A stretch of 64,000 nt of DNA from Podospora anserina (GCA_017654855.1 CM030335.1:1922001-1986000), one strand, 5' to 3'. Shown: positions 9,721 to 23,900, numbered from the stretch's first letter. Numbers and translations: made by a program. Notes: a model not told the origin generated them from the sequence alone.

Positions 9721-12700
9721 CTAATTCACCATCGCCTCCTGCTGCCCACTCCTCGCAGCAAACCAGCCCCCCCTCTCCCACTCTCCCGGCACATACAACG
9801 CCCTCTCCCTCACCCCATCATCCACAATCCCCTTCAACAGCTCCTCCAACCTCTTGAAGTCGATGGGCTTCAGAATCCACCCGTCAAATCCCGCATCAAC
9901 ATACGTGTCCTTTTCCCTCTCCACCAAGCTCGCCGAGACCGCAATGATTGGTATTCTCCCATGGTTCTGCGCAATGGCGGACAGTTCGGGGGGCTGAGGG
10001 CGGCTGCTCGATGTCTCGAATGTCCTGATCATCTTGGTGCTAGTAAGGCCGTCCACGATGGGCATCTGCTCGTTATTAACAAAGGGTTGCGACCAAGGCA
10101 AGACGAGAGAGAGAAACATACCTGCATATCCATGAGCACCACATCATAGCCCCTAGGTTTCTCCCCATACATTGTCGCGCAATCTTCGCCGTTCAGCGCA
10201 TGGGAAACCTTGTGCCCAGCCTTTTCCAACCGCTTCCTCAAAACCTTGAGGTTGATCGGATCGTCCTCGGCAACGAGGACTTCCAAGCCTGGCGTGGCAA
10301 CAACCTCGCCCGCACTCGTCGAGGCGGCAACCTTCCAGGTGTCCTCTCGAACGTCAGGGGTGGGCGGTATTTCAAAGAGGATACCCGACATCTCGCTCTG
10401 CTGAGGCAGCGATGGCTTGTCGTGGTACTCGTCTGGTATGCGTACAGGTTTCAGCGGGGTCCTGGAGTCGTTGATGAACCGCACTCCCGGTGGGCTTTCG
10501 TGAGAGGCAGGGGGTTCGGTGAGAGGTTGTGACTGCTGTTTGATGTTGGTGGGAGAAGAGCCTGACCGAGTAGGTTCAGATGGCCTGACCCGCCCTGTAG
10601 GGCTCAGAGAGCGTGTTGCATGGCCGTCTTTGGTACCTGGTGCTGGTGGATTGTAATATGCGCCTCGGGAGCTCCGTCGTTGTTTGGCTAATTCAGGGTC
10701 CAACTCGCCCCAGGTGATGGGTGTTTGGATAGCATCGATTAACCGTTCGGCGTCGCTCATCCCACTCTTGGCACTGCTCTTGCTGGCTATGCTACGGTGG
10801 CTGTGCGTGCTTTTGGAGTCATCAAAGCTTTTCTTTGCTGATATCGACTGGTTGGTATGGGTGGATCCGCCGCTTCCCCTGTTGACGACGATGACCTCTC
10901 CGTCGGTGGGTCGAGGTGTCGACGCTGCCGCGACGGATCCAGTTCTGGAAGTCTCTGACAGGGCACCCAAGGCTGTCGCTGTCCCGTCTGCCGAGGCGGC
11001 ATCCTCGGGAAGCTCAAACGGCAACTGCATAACAAAGCGAGATCCTTTGCCCGGCTCAGATTTGAGCCGAAGTTGGCCGTCCATGTTTCGCAAGATACGC
11101 GCCACTACTGCCAGCCCCAACCCAAGAGTTCTGTCCTTTTCCGGCTTTTCCTTGTCGTGGGCGCCCTCGAGCGGACTGAACATATCGTCACCCTCATCCG
11201 TAGAGACTTGTTCGAGATCTCTAAACAAGGCATCGAGCTGGGTATTGCTCATACCCGAGCCCGTGTCCTGCACCACGATCTCGACCCGAACTCGACGCCC
11301 AAGGAGTTCGGCCAGGTACAGCTCGACCCTGACATGACCGGCCGATGTGTGCTGCACGGCATTCGCTGTCACGTTGGCAACTGCCTGTCGGACGCGACGT
11401 TGGTCCCCATACACGAACTTTGGAAGCCCGGGATGCTCGATGAACTCGTATTCAATGCCCTTCCGCCTGGCGTCGTTTTTGAAGGGCTCCGTCCCTTCCC
11501 GGACGCAGGCTGGCAGGTCAAAAATCTCGTCCTTGACGAGCTCCTGGCCCTCCTCGGTTTTGGTGAGATCCAGCAGGTCATTGATGACATAAATCAACGA
11601 CTTTGACGCCGAGTGGGAACGTGACAGATTGTCTCTGGTTTCCTGATCCAGGGAGCCTTCCAGCGCGATCTCGAGGTAGTTAATGATGGCGTTGAGCGGC
11701 GTGCGCACTTCGTGGGCCGAGTTTGCCAGCAAGAGTCTTGTGAGCCGGCTGCTCTGCAGCGCCGCCTCCTTCTGCCGCCAGACCTCGATGAACTTGCCGT
11801 AGACCAAGCACAGCACTGCGGCCGTCTCGACCTGTTCCTCAGACCAGTCTCGGCTCTTGCCCACCACGGTCTCGTTCCACACCTTGAAACTCGTCCGCGG
11901 CTGGAGGTAGGCCTCTGTCCCTTCTTTAAAGGTTTTCTCGTACGGATTTCCCGCCCACTTGACTTCCTTGACCTGGCCCCTGCGGAAGAAAACGATGAAA
12001 TCATTGCCGCCGACGCTCAAGGGGACGTATAGCAGGCCAGCGATGACCTGAAACCCGGGCGGGTAATGCAAATCGGGAAAGTCAACCTTGACGTCTTGCG
12101 TGGTGAGGACGGAGGTGAATTTCCGAAGCCGGAGATACTCGAGCATTGCCAGGGCCTCCTGAGAATGCTCAACCTTTCCTAGAATCTTGGTCTCTTCTCG
12201 AATAGAAAGCATTCCAAAATCGGCATCGAAGAGCTTGAGCAAGTCGTCGGAGGAGGCAATGATGTAGCCCGACGGGTTGTGTTCGGTGGGCACCGTGTTG
12301 ATCAGTTTGCGAGCTTGCAGACGCGATGCGTAGGAGAGGCGTTCAATGTTGCGCGAAACTGTGTCGCCGACCAGCCGGCACATCTTCCTGATGGGAAACG
12401 AGACTCGCATGCCCTTGGGGCCATACGAGTGGCAGGCAATCAGCCCCCACAGGTCGCCAAAGGCATTAGTCGATATCGACATGGAGGAGCGAACAGCCAT
12501 GTTGGCGAGGTATTTGAGATGAATTGGTGACATGGCCCGGAGATAGGAATGGGTCATGTCCAGGGGCACTTCGAGGTCCTCTATCGACCGGCACACAATT
12601 CTGGCCGTTTCGAGGTCTCGATCATAGAGAAGGCGAACTTTGTTGAGCTTGTACAGTTCACGCGCCTGTTTCGGAATGTCAGAGGCAGGAAAATGCAGTC

Positions 12701-14330
12701 CCTTGTACAGATCCCTGGTGAGTGCTGGGTCGACAAGCTCCGTGACCACCTTGCCGTTAAACATGGAATCGAACTGGTAAATCATGACGCGATGAAAACC
12801 TGTCAACTCTTTGACGATGCCCACCAGAATTTTCAGAAAGATCTCTAGGTTTGGCGCGTTGGCGAGCTGTTCCTGCACTTGGCTCATAATGTCGAACACC
12901 TGCATGGCGCCGGCCTCTCCCCTACGCTTTCGCGCGCTCCTCAACACCCGCAATGGTTTGCTCAGAATCTCGGTGGACTCGGTGAGCTCTTCCAAGGTCG
13001 GGTTCGACTGCAGTGTATCCTCTGGCAGATTAAGCGTGTCTTCATCGACAGGGCGTAATGGATTTTGAAGGTCATTGTCCAACTCAAATTCGCACACGAT
13101 GAGATTGGGATGTGCCGGGTTAATGTGAATGGCACACCACAGCTTGACAGACTTGTCATGATTTGGCGGGCGGAGAGACAGACTGAAGACCTCGGGACCG
13201 TTGGTTGCTGGATCTGCATCCTCGTCTCTAATGAAGTCGACATGGTCCAGCAGATTATCGGCCTGCTCGTCGCTGAGGATATCCAGAAAATCGTCGAGTG
13301 CGAACAGCTCCTGGGGTCGGTACCCAATGAATTTTTGTGAGTTTTCACTGACGTGCCGTACTTGCAACCGGCCCTCGGCGTCTTCACGCAGAGTCAGAAG
13401 CATGCCAAACCCTTGGACCGCGCCAGGGGTATGAATGGGCTCATCCTCGCACCGCTGCAGCTTCCCGTCCCGCCCCGTGATGACGGCGTGTCCCTCGTCC
13501 GTCATGACATGCGTGAAGCGAGTTGTGTAGAGCGAGTCGGGAATCGACGGGGCGATGGAGGGTTTGCGTTCTGATAGGGTTTCCTCGGCGCGACTCGGTG
13601 TTTCGGTTACGGCCTGCTCCTCGTCGGATGAATCGGCCAGAGAGAGCGGTATGGGATTGCCGTATCTTTCTGCGTCCGCTTGAATGCTGGAGAGCGACCC
13701 TGACACAGTCTGTTGTCGACGCTCTCGCGCAGTGGGAGCGGGCGGCGACCACGGAGCGGCTGCCGGAGTCACAGGCAGCGAAGCCGCAACTGCAGACCGG
13801 CCCCGTGCAAATGGAGTACGCTCCGAATGTAGCTCCAGTTGTTTCCCATTGCCGAAACCTGGGGTCGGAGGGATTGGCGTATGTCCTGGCTCTGAAAGCG
13901 ACATCTTCCGTCGCGGTTCCTGCTCGCTCGACTTTCTCCCCATCGGCCCAGGCTCCCCAACACTGATGACGGATCGGATGGGAAAGACGCGATCTGTGGG
14001 ATCCTGAGCGGTCCCCTGGCCGAGCTGGCGATCTTCAGACGCACTCCATGATGACACGGCGGTCGACATGGCCGTTGGCGACTGCGTAACCTCACTTGGG
14101 ATGGAAGTGCCTGTGTCAACATGGGTGGTTCCAGTTGTCGATGACTCGGTGCATACCTCCTCTTTGTCGCCCACGTCGGTGGCGATTCTGTCAAGTGTCG
14201 GTTTCCCATCCTCTGGGGCACCTCCTTTTGGATCCATGCCGGGAAAGACGTCGTCGCGAGACCTAGTAGCCTCGTCGTTAGGACCAGCTTCCGCGGCAGA
14301 CCGAGTTATACAATCATTCCCCTCGGGCAT
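9721..14330 (-). CDS. Fungal phytochrome (PAS-GAF-PHY-histidine kinase-receiver), FphA/PHY-1-like red-light photoreceptor
   Basis: Chromophore Cys motif RCEDEPIHTPGAVQ, GAF PASDIP and LRAMSPIH, PHY PRTSF..W, H-box SAHEVRTPLNAI, N-box NVTANAVQHT, G1 DTGSG, G2 LGLGL, receiver AEDD..DVVLMDMQMP..KP. Exons 14330-10122 and 10065-9721, intron 10121-10066 (GTATGT..CAG). The first ATG is at 14330; the ORF track start at 14333 is TTG. Confidence 0.96.
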
Positions 14331-17300
14331 CAAGACACCACGGCTCGATCAATTATACCGTCGCCAAAAATTTTTTGTCAGATTCCTCCTAGCTGTGTGG
14401 CCTGTCGAGCGAGACCGGAGTGTGTTTTATCGTGTAGTTGTGTTGTGCGGGATGGCAGCTTTGACCGAGGGACCTACGAAGCGAAGCACCTTGGCCCTCC
14501 AATTCACGAGACGTAATTAAGAGGGTCCAGCAACGGGGGATGGGATTCTGAGAAATGGATGTCAAAACCTGATCACAGGGCGGGCAGGTGAGCAGAGGCG
14601 GGTCGCACACCAGGTCAGGGTGGTGTGGTTGATCTTGGCCCCTAGCTTTGCAGATCTTTGGGCGAGCGGCAGGGCAAAAGAGAGCACAGTACGTAAGTGT
14701 AGGTTTTCTGATCGTTCCAAGGTCGGTTTGTAGCCAGTTGAGCCACTGTTGGATGTTGATCAGGTCGGCTGTGGGAGGAGGGAATATAGGACGGTGGGAT
14801 GGTAACAGGAGGACTAGGGGGAACAGAGGGGACAAAATGGTCGTTTGTTGTCAATCGCCAGGTTCGTTGCGGTGCCGCGGCCGGTGCGATTCACGTGTCG
14901 ATGCGGTGCCGCAAGTGCAAAAGACCGATGGAGACGGTCGAGGTGTCGGCCTGGTCTGAAGCTAGAATCCAGAGCTCTAGTGACAAGTGTAAAGGGGGCA
15001 CCCGCCGGGAAAGCGCCTCCCGCTCAAGTGTGCGTCCCAGGGAGCTGGATGTGGGAGAGAGTGTTTGACGACGGGAGAGAGGGGACTGGGGACTCGGTCG
15101 ACACGCTGGGTGGCAAGTAAGCGCAAAAAGAACAGATGAATGAGGACCCCCGAGTGGCGGATGTTTTTCCGAGGACTTTTCCCTCTCTCTGTCCCATCAA
15201 ATGGAATAGTCTCCGCCAAGACGCTCCAAGAGCCCGCAGAAGTGCCTAGCTGATGATGGATGGTGGTCCATGGCCCATGGGTGAGCATCACACCTCATGC
15301 GGTTAAAACGGCGTTGCTTCCTGCATCGTATCATAGCGCAGCTAGGTAAGGTTTTTGGAGTAGGTAAGTTACCTGCCGAGACATCCCATCCCAGCCCAGA
15401 TCTACCCCCCAATTTCTAACATACAGCTGTGAAGCTGTTGGCTTCAACAAAACCTTTGGAGCTCCCGCTGTGCTCCCAATCGCCCAATTCAGGTTTCCAG
15501 AAGAAACAAGCGGGGCCCGTTTCATCGGCCCCGCTGAGGATCGGCTCCACAGTCCGATCCAGAACTCCTGCAGGAAACCGTTTGCTCGGTGGTGTCTGAT
15601 TCCATAAATATCAAATAGTAAACCCAGCCCCGAGACCCTGAGAAAGTTGCCCCGAAACCTCAATATCTTCCTCCCTCTCTCTATCCTCATGCCTCTAGGG
15701 ATTTATTACCTGACTTTGACGTCATTTCCTAGCACACAGAACCGAAACGCATGACGTAGCATGGCTGCTCGCCCTTCAGCCAATCACAGGGGATGTGGAC
15801 AAGATGCTCCGGGCTACACAGGGTTGGCTGGTTGAGGCTATTGGGAGGTGATGAGGGGCACATGGAGGGGCAGAGAGGAGCAATTCTTCAGTGGTGTCTC
15901 GGGCATAACGGATTATCCCGTTCGTCTGAACCTGACAAGCATTTTCTTTCTGCAACGAGGCCTCTCGATGGGCCTCACTTGCAGCTCGAAACGTAATCTC
16001 GACCCCGGAGTTAAGCTGAGCACGGCCAAGCGGCGATGGTTAGATCTGGCATTAGCAGTCCAAGATCTGTCAAGACAGGGGCTTGATCGGACACCAATTT
16101 CTTTGTCAGATGCAGCCTCTATTCTCGGCAGATAATGTCTTCGATGGGAACAAGGACTCTAACAGTAGCATTCATCTCAAACTTGGCCATATATCGAGAC
16201 AATGCCCTTTGTGGACATGTGAACAACAGCCCCGGGGTCTCTGCCATCCGATCTCTTCTTTGATCTCCAACGGAGTATATACGCCGCCCCGCGGCACTCT
16301 CTCTGCGACTCGATCCTTACTACACATCACTGGATTGACAGGCATTCTCTCATTCCATCATGTAATCCCCTAATTTCCAATATCTGAGCTCACATCTTGG
16401 CTTCGAAGCCCTACGTACCCTCTTCTTCAAACCCATGCATTAACTTCAAGGTCTTACATAAAGAGCCTGTCATGTCAATGTCAAGCCGAGCACTGCTAAC
16501 CATTTACTGACCAAGGTCAGGCATCTTCCAGGAACACCACACCGATATCAAACCGATCACCATCGTCCGTGCCGATACCGAACCCCGAAAGAACTTCTCC
16601 GAATATCTAACCGGGATGCTTGACACGATATACATCCCAGGATGATAACAAGTTTATATGAATCTCGCTAACACAACAGATCTCTCCGCCTCCGCGGATC
16701 CGCGATTTCGAGGGAACCCCGTTTCCAGCCTCTTTATCGAGAGGTCCATGCAATACTAACATTCAGATCTACCCAACTCAAGGACAACTAACCCATAGGT
16801 ATCTAACTTACAGAACATCCAGGTAAGTCATTCCCCGCCGCCTTCAAACCACTAATAAAATAGCAGGAAAAACAAGCAGCAGCATCCTCTTGAGTAGAGC
16901 ACTTAGTCTTCAGGTAAGTCCCCCCTCCCCCATTTTACTACTAACAAAAACACAGGAAACACCTTCAACCCATCAGGGTTCAAAATGAAAGTTTTTTTTC
17001 GCTTTTTTTCTTTCAAAACTATCTTTCCCTCGCTGCCGTGAAATCCAAGAATAATGTTTCCATGTTTGAAACACGTCTCCAAAGTTGTTAAAGCAATAAC
17101 CTATAAAATGACCCGATGATAAACTCTTTCCTCAACAACCTACCTTCCCGATACCCACGATGAGAGTCCAGCAACATCTTTTTTACACGCGGCTTGTATC
17201 AGCGTAAGCCAAACCACCTACTGTCCCATGCCAAAAGTCTTCCAGAATGCTGTGCACAATAACTTGGAGTCTGCCAAAAGTACTCGAAACGAGGGTGCCG

Positions 17301-17414
17301 AAAAGAAAGAGTCGAAAAAGGGCGTTAAGAACACGTAATACATACAATATATATACATCTATATTTATATCAACAGACCTCGGAAGTTCGTCGAGAGGGC
17401 TCTCAAGACACCCA

Positions 17415-17524
17415 CCTACCTACCTACCTACCTACCTACCTACCTACCTACCTACCTACCTACCTACCTACCTACCTACCTACCTACCTACCTACCTACC
17501 TACCTACCTACCTACCTACCTACC
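17415..17524. repeat. Perfect (CCTA)n microsatellite, ~27 copies
   Basis: 110 bp of uninterrupted CCTA. Confidence 0.98.
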
Positions 17525-17998
17525 TTGGTCAGAAGCTATCTTTCACAAACCTCCCAAGGGCACCCAGGACCTTGCGATACAAGTCTCTACCGAGTACTAT
17601 CTTCAATTCACAATGTAGGCCCCCCCGCCCTACATCATACACAAAGCGGAGGGATGTAAAAAGAGAGCTGAAAAGAGATGTACCTATTCAGACAAAGACC
17701 GCTTGGCAAGATATTTGCGCTTCCAAAAGCCATTGGTTGAGTCATGTCTAGAAGTAATACACTTCACGCAAGATATGTCGAGGTATGAGCAAGAGTTATG
17801 AAGAGAATCGCGACGACAAGGGCCCTGCAAGTGAAGCTCTTCGCGCACATACAGATGTGATTACCAACTAGATACCTACAATGAACCACTTGTCAAGTCA
17901 ACACACCCATCACGTAACTTATTTCAGCAAAATAAAAAAACAAGATTCATTCTTCAACGTCAACATCACCAGCAATATATATATATACATACCTTCCC

Positions 17999-19299
17999 TC
18001 ACAACCTAGCCTTCCTCCCCTCTCTCACCGCCTGCATACTCCTTAACAAAGCATAAAGCGTCCCCATCCTTCTCAACTCCACCCCCCTCCGCCTCCCCAA
18101 CCTGACCGGATTCCCCAATATAACCTCCAGCTCCATCCGCCTCCCCGCCTCCCAGTCAAGCAACATGCTCGGCTTGCTCCCCACATTCCTCTCCGTGCTC
18201 TTCAATATCTTCTCCGGCCCCGCCAGCTTCCCCGGAAACCCCCTCCCAAGTATCTTCGGCGCCGCGTCCCAAATCTCCTTCATCACCCCGTACAAATGCC
18301 GCCTAAGCTCCGGATCCCGCACCATATCCGCGTTCCCCAACCCGCCCGACAAGACAGACGACGGGTTGAACGCCGCGTTGATGGTCAGCTTGTGCCAGCG
18401 GATGAGTTGCAGGTCGATCTCACTCGACACGGTAATGTCAGGAATCGAGCCAAAGGCAGTCCAATAGTGGCCCAGCCTGTCGCAGTGATCCAGGCCGACA
18501 GAGAGGAGAGTCTCGTTCAAAGAGTCAGAGTCAGAATCCGGGGTTGGGGTCGGGGAAGGGGGCACCAAAGCCCCCGTTGTGCCGTCTCCCGTTTCGACGC
18601 TGTCGCTAGTCGAGTTTGCACTATCAGAGTACGGCCCAAGGTGAAGGCGTGTCCAGCGGTTCTGCCGGATCACCCCAGGGAAGATCTGCTCCGCCGAGAT
18701 GACAGTCACCCCAGACACAATCGGGTTGGCAGGAAAGCGCAGTCGATACGGCTCCTCCACCCCGACCCCGTTTTGGATGAGGACTATACACGACCCCTCC
18801 GACACCAACGGGGCAATAAGCGCCGAGTCGTCTGACACATCTGGGAGGGCCTTCGTCGTGACGATGATGTAGTCCCACTGCTTCACTGCTCCCTTGGACG
18901 CAGCATCCGGTGAAGGGTAAACAGCCGCAGGACGAAAAGTGTAATCCCCAAACGTGTGAGTCTGGAGCGTGACCCCCGACTCCTCCAAGGCGCGGTAGTT
19001 TGAGCGTGCGATAAGAGACACGTGAATATTATGATCAGGCTTTCCCCGCAATCATCAGTAAACAACACCCCCCTCTCTCATATGAAGACAAAAAAAAAAC
19101 TATAAAAAAAAACTCACATGATGCAACCTCGAAGCATAAAAACAACCAACCGCACCAGCCCCAACAAAAACAACATTCACCGGCCTATTCCCAGCACACG
19201 GTCAGCTTACCTCCCTCACCTTTCAACCCTGATCCTCCCCCAGGAAACTCACCTATCCGGATCCTCCCCCGCCTTCGGAGCACGATATAACCCACTCAT
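17999..19299 (-). CDS. Ketopantoate reductase (PanE/ApbA)-family oxidoreductase with C-terminal ARL (PTS1-like)
   Basis: Exons 19299-19253, 19184-19118, 19039-17999 (384 aa). Rossmann VFVGAGAVG is recovered in exon 2. Also IIVTTKA, LIQNGVG, WHKLTINAAFNP and KPSMLLDWEAGRRMELEVILG. Both introns start GTGAGT. Confidence 0.92.
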
Positions 19300-20937
19300 T
19301 ATCCTCCCTCACTCAAAAAAAAAAAAACCAAAAAAAAAACCCCCAATAACGACCTCGGAAATGCAAAATACTGCCGTGCAACAACCCAAAGCCCGCCTTA
19401 TCTCTCTTCACTCCCGAACAGTATGTATGTAACCCCCTCTCTCCTGACCCTACCTCTTCTTTCCCTGTCTGCTGTATAACCAACGGGAATTCCGGCGTAT
19501 TGCCTCTGGTGTTCCCTTTGCCGTTCAGCCGTGTATACCCTCTCCCGTCTGTCGGTTCTCTTCAGGTCAACAGCCCCTTACTTCCCTTTCAGCAGAGAAA
19601 TACGTAAAAGGAAAAGCTTCCCGAACTGTTGCTGTCGTTGGTTTTTGCCCTACTGTCGAGAACCTGATTTTCCGAGCAGGATTTTGCTGCTGCTGTTGTT
19701 GTTGTTGATGATGAGGGTTGTTTATCCCTCACCTCGTAATATGCGCTGCCGTTAGACCCGAAGTGCGTGTTGTGCTCAATTCTCTGTGAGACTAATTCTC
19801 TGTGTTTTGTTGCTGACACCGTCCTTCTTGTCCTTACTGCTGACTGGCCTTGGTGTTGTTTTTACCAACCCAAGCTGTGTCAAGTAAGTGTAGTCAACCG
19901 GGAACACTTGCCGTGATAGCCCGCCTCCTTCTGTATTATGATGGTCCCGTTTGTAGAAACCCTTTGCCTCAAAGAAGCCGGCCCATGTATCTCTCGCCCG
20001 TCCGCAAACCAAAAACTCTCTCAACCCCGGCTCTCTTAATCCCCCAAACTTTCTTGACCGGGACTTCCTCAATGATTTCCTCTCCGTAATCTGATTTCTG
20101 ACAACCTCACACCTCTCGCTCGCTCGCGGAATTAAAACCCTTTCTCCTTCGTAAACCGACGTCTTTCAAACCCTCGGTGGTTTGTGGCTACCCTTAGCCT
20201 TGTATAAGCGTCCCAATCCAATCCAATCCCCCACGTCTCTCCCACAAGTCTCGGTGTAGTAGTTGATCGGTCGCCGATTGGAGTTTAGACCCGCTTCCCT
20301 CTCTTCGGAAATTTAGTGGTCAGAAGCAAAACAGGAAGAAGAAAAAAAGCAATGAGCATCAATCAACCCTTGACCACCAGGGGCGAAAACAAAACAGATG
20401 CTGATTGATCACGTCACGCAAAACTCCGCATACAAGATGGGATGGAGGGCAGCAGTCAGTCGGTCGTTGGGAAAGGAGAGAGAAAGGTGTGGTGTGGTTG
20501 GCGTGAATGGCGTCACTAAAGTGGTGGTGTGGAGAAACCGCGGTTCGGTTCATCGCCAAGAAAACTGCTTTTCCCTCTGAGGGAGAACTGCGGGGAAGTT
20601 TGAAGGGAAAAAGTGGGGGAGGAGAGGAGGGAGGTCAGCAACACACACACACACACACACGAACAAACAATGGATAGGATGGGATGGATGATGCGAACCA
20701 ACCCAACGGAACCGGTGCCGAACGCGGCCAGCATCGTGGAGAAAGAACCGGAACTGGTCCGTAAAAAAAGTTTCCATTCTTTTTTCTCAACTGTGCGAGC
20801 GGCAGTCCCCTTAGATGCCCGGCTTGGCGATGTCTGGGCAGGGCGAGGACGACCTCTACTTATACAATCATATATATAATATATATATATACATATCTGT
20901 GTATCATCTATAACATCGGCAAAAACAACAACATCAG

Positions 20938-20940
<3 letters not shown>

Positions 20941-20973
<33 letters not shown>
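20941..20973. repeat. (CAA)n microsatellite
   Basis: Directly visible, 11 copies. Confidence 0.95.
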
Positions 20974-23900
20974 CCACCCAAACATTGTCTTCTCACCCAC
21001 CAGGTCAACCTCCCTCCCATGCAAACAAAAAGTTATATCCCCCCGCCCATCATCACCGGAAATAACACCTTCATCACCATCCCATATAGTAAAACAACGT
21101 GTACTCCCCATCCTCGCCGCCTCGGCCTGAAGGACCCCGAATTTCTTTCAACCCATAAGCCAGTCAGCCCTCTCCATAAGAAAAAGCAAAAAGTGGCATG
21201 CCCACACACATACACACACAGAGACACACACGCACAATGGCCCAAAACGAAAAAAAAGGGTACTCATTGTAAGGTACTGGGTACTTGTCTGGAGCAAACT
21301 CAAGCCATCATCCACTTGGTACCAAACTCAAGTCAAAAAGACATACAAAACCGAAAGAGAACGAACCACCCACAGCTGTTGTCCAACACAGCAACGCAAC
21401 CCTCAAAAGCTTCCCCCCTCCCCACCCCTCCTCCCCCCCACCACCCTCTCTGTCTCTCCCACTGCATCGGGTCCAGTCCACAGACACAGAGGTCATCAGT
21501 TCCTCTTGGATTATTACCTACCAGCTTTTTCTCTTGCTGGCAAATCGAACGTCGGACTTGAACCATGTGCATCGCCCTCGCACACATGACGCCAGCTCCC
21601 CTCCGTCAGCTTGCCCCTCGAACGACGTTGTTCATGTATACACAAGCTTCGCATCCAACACAACCGCACTTCACACACACACACACATGCAGCTGTGCGA
21701 CGTCAACAAGCGTCGCGTATCGGTCCCAGATGGCTGTCACAACTGCGCGGGGTATCCATCCTGTGCAACATATACAAAACCGACAGGATTGTCTTGCTGC
21801 TTATCTTGCGATTGTGATGTGTGCTACATATGGCCTACCGCTACTGCTACCCAACCTACCGGAACGTTACGAATTCCGCCTTCGCATATCCCCAAGCATA
21901 AGGGGGTTAAACAACAAGCTCTACCATCCCAACCTGCCAACCAGAACCGTTGCGTTTCCGATCGTTGACGTCGGCCGTCTGCAGAGTGATACATGCGTGC
22001 CGGTTTCACCTGCTTTTTGGTTAAGCTTTCTGTGATAGCAACGACTTTCCCCTTTTGTTCAAGTTTCCCCGTCTGCCACAACATCGCTGACGGTCATATC
22101 CGACATCCAGAGCCCTTGACGAGTAGCTATCACAGCCGCTCCTCTCCGATGTGGTCAGAGCTTCAACAGCGTCGCAGGAGTCTTCCATGACACCCCTGTC
22201 GCAAAGGCACTCGGAAAACTATCCCACACTGGATCGGCCGAGGGTGTGGGACAGCTCCCAGGGCAACTGGATAACCTCCTCGTCATACCCTGCAGCCTCC
22301 TGCAGACAAAACTAACGAAGTGTGGGGGATGCAAACTCTCTCCAACTTCCTTTCTCGTACCCATCCTTATTCATGTCCGGTGATGCACGCAATGCCATGA
22401 AAAAGAAAGCAAAATAAAATGTAACCTCTACTGATTCCCGAATATCCTTAAAGAGCAAAACGTCTTCTCAACGCGGGCGCCCAGCAATGGGTCAAAATGT
22501 TTCATCTATGCCCTGTGGCATCCAGCCGAGTCAATGGGGTAGTGACTGCGGTGTAGGAAAACGCGAAAAAGCGAGATCCTGCCAGGGCAAAAGTGTACGA
22601 AGGCGAGAACATTGAGAGCAGAAGCTACTCGGACAAAACAGATAGAGACTTCCACTTACGTCTTGACCTGCATCTTGCATGCACACAAGTCGACGCCATC
22701 ATGAAACATGGGTAATCTTCAAAGGCTCAGCGGCCAAGTACCTCCATGTACACACGACAAGAGGCTCCTTCCCCATGTCACCAGGGTTCTAGCCAAGTCG
22801 GCATCTTGCAGCATCTCCTGAACTCAGCTCCTGCCGATGTAGGACACATGCTTGAAGGAGCTGGCTGACCTCGACCGCACCACGGAAGCCAGTCCATCAC
22901 CGACCACCAAACGACGCTGCCCCTATCATCTTCTCACACAGCAGACGGCGAGGCCGGGCCTCACGTGTGACCCCCATTGCGACATGCGACCAGCCCAAGC
23001 CAAGCATACCCATCTAATACCGAGAAAGAAGAGCCATCGAAGCTCGTCCATGACATGGCGGTGCTGCCCATGGGGGTCTGCCCACATTCAAAACGAACGT
23101 GGGAGGCTCGGGGCGTGGGGTGATAAAGAAAGAATGAAAGCGTGTGTAAAATCAGGATGAGGGGTCATTGACAGAAGTTCAGCGCCCGATACTCGCTTGA
23201 GCTGCAGGGCTGTCGACCAATAATCTTTCTCTCACCGACATACCTACCAATCACCAACACTGGCAATCGGCTTAGTCCGACCGTCCCCCACCACTAGGCA
23301 AGCTCGGAGAGCTCCATGCTCTAATGCCTGGCACCAACACCACCTGCAGGGCAACACTCGACGAGTGACGCTGGCCATGTTCAGAAGCCATCACCATTGG
23401 GGAAAGGCATACCCCGCGCACCAAGAACGCGCCCAGGCGTTGTGATAGCCGAGAACCGGGCAGCCGTGATCGTCCAAACAAGACTAATCAAGCGCAGCAT
23501 GAAGTGGTTCGATGGTTTCCACTACCGCAAAAATCCCCCGAGTCGTAAACGTGCAAGGGTCCTTTGGAGGGTTGGGGTGCTGGTAATCCCTCGGCGGAGA
23601 TGCATCTTCGTGATGAACTTGTCGCGAGGGTCGCGAGTGAAATTGGTCAGAGGACTTGGCCGCGCAAGAATTGCTCTTGGGCAAGGTGTGAGGTCCGATA
23701 AATTCCCGGAAACTCGCAACCCCAATGGAAGCTGCGGGGATATGCTTCTAGAACGTTGACCGAAGCCGGCTGTTTGGTTGCACAAACAGATCGACTCTGA
23801 GCTCTTCAGCAAGGGCCGAATGAGACATGCTGGGGGGAAGGGGAGTATCAGCCCACCCCAGCTCGTCGTCGTCGAGAACCTCGAACTGAGCGCCACCACC

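Noticed and set aside
17247-17618. ORF with (PTYL)n repeats
   Set aside because: Product of the (CCTA)n microsatellite. The same applies to the ORFs spanning 891-1196.
21687-21968. 93-aa ORF with 10 Cys (possible metallothionein near the copper TF)
   Set aside because: Codon usage is unlike the real genes, it starts right after a CA repeat, and it lacks the compact Cys/Gly/Ser composition of fungal metallothioneins. Probably chance.
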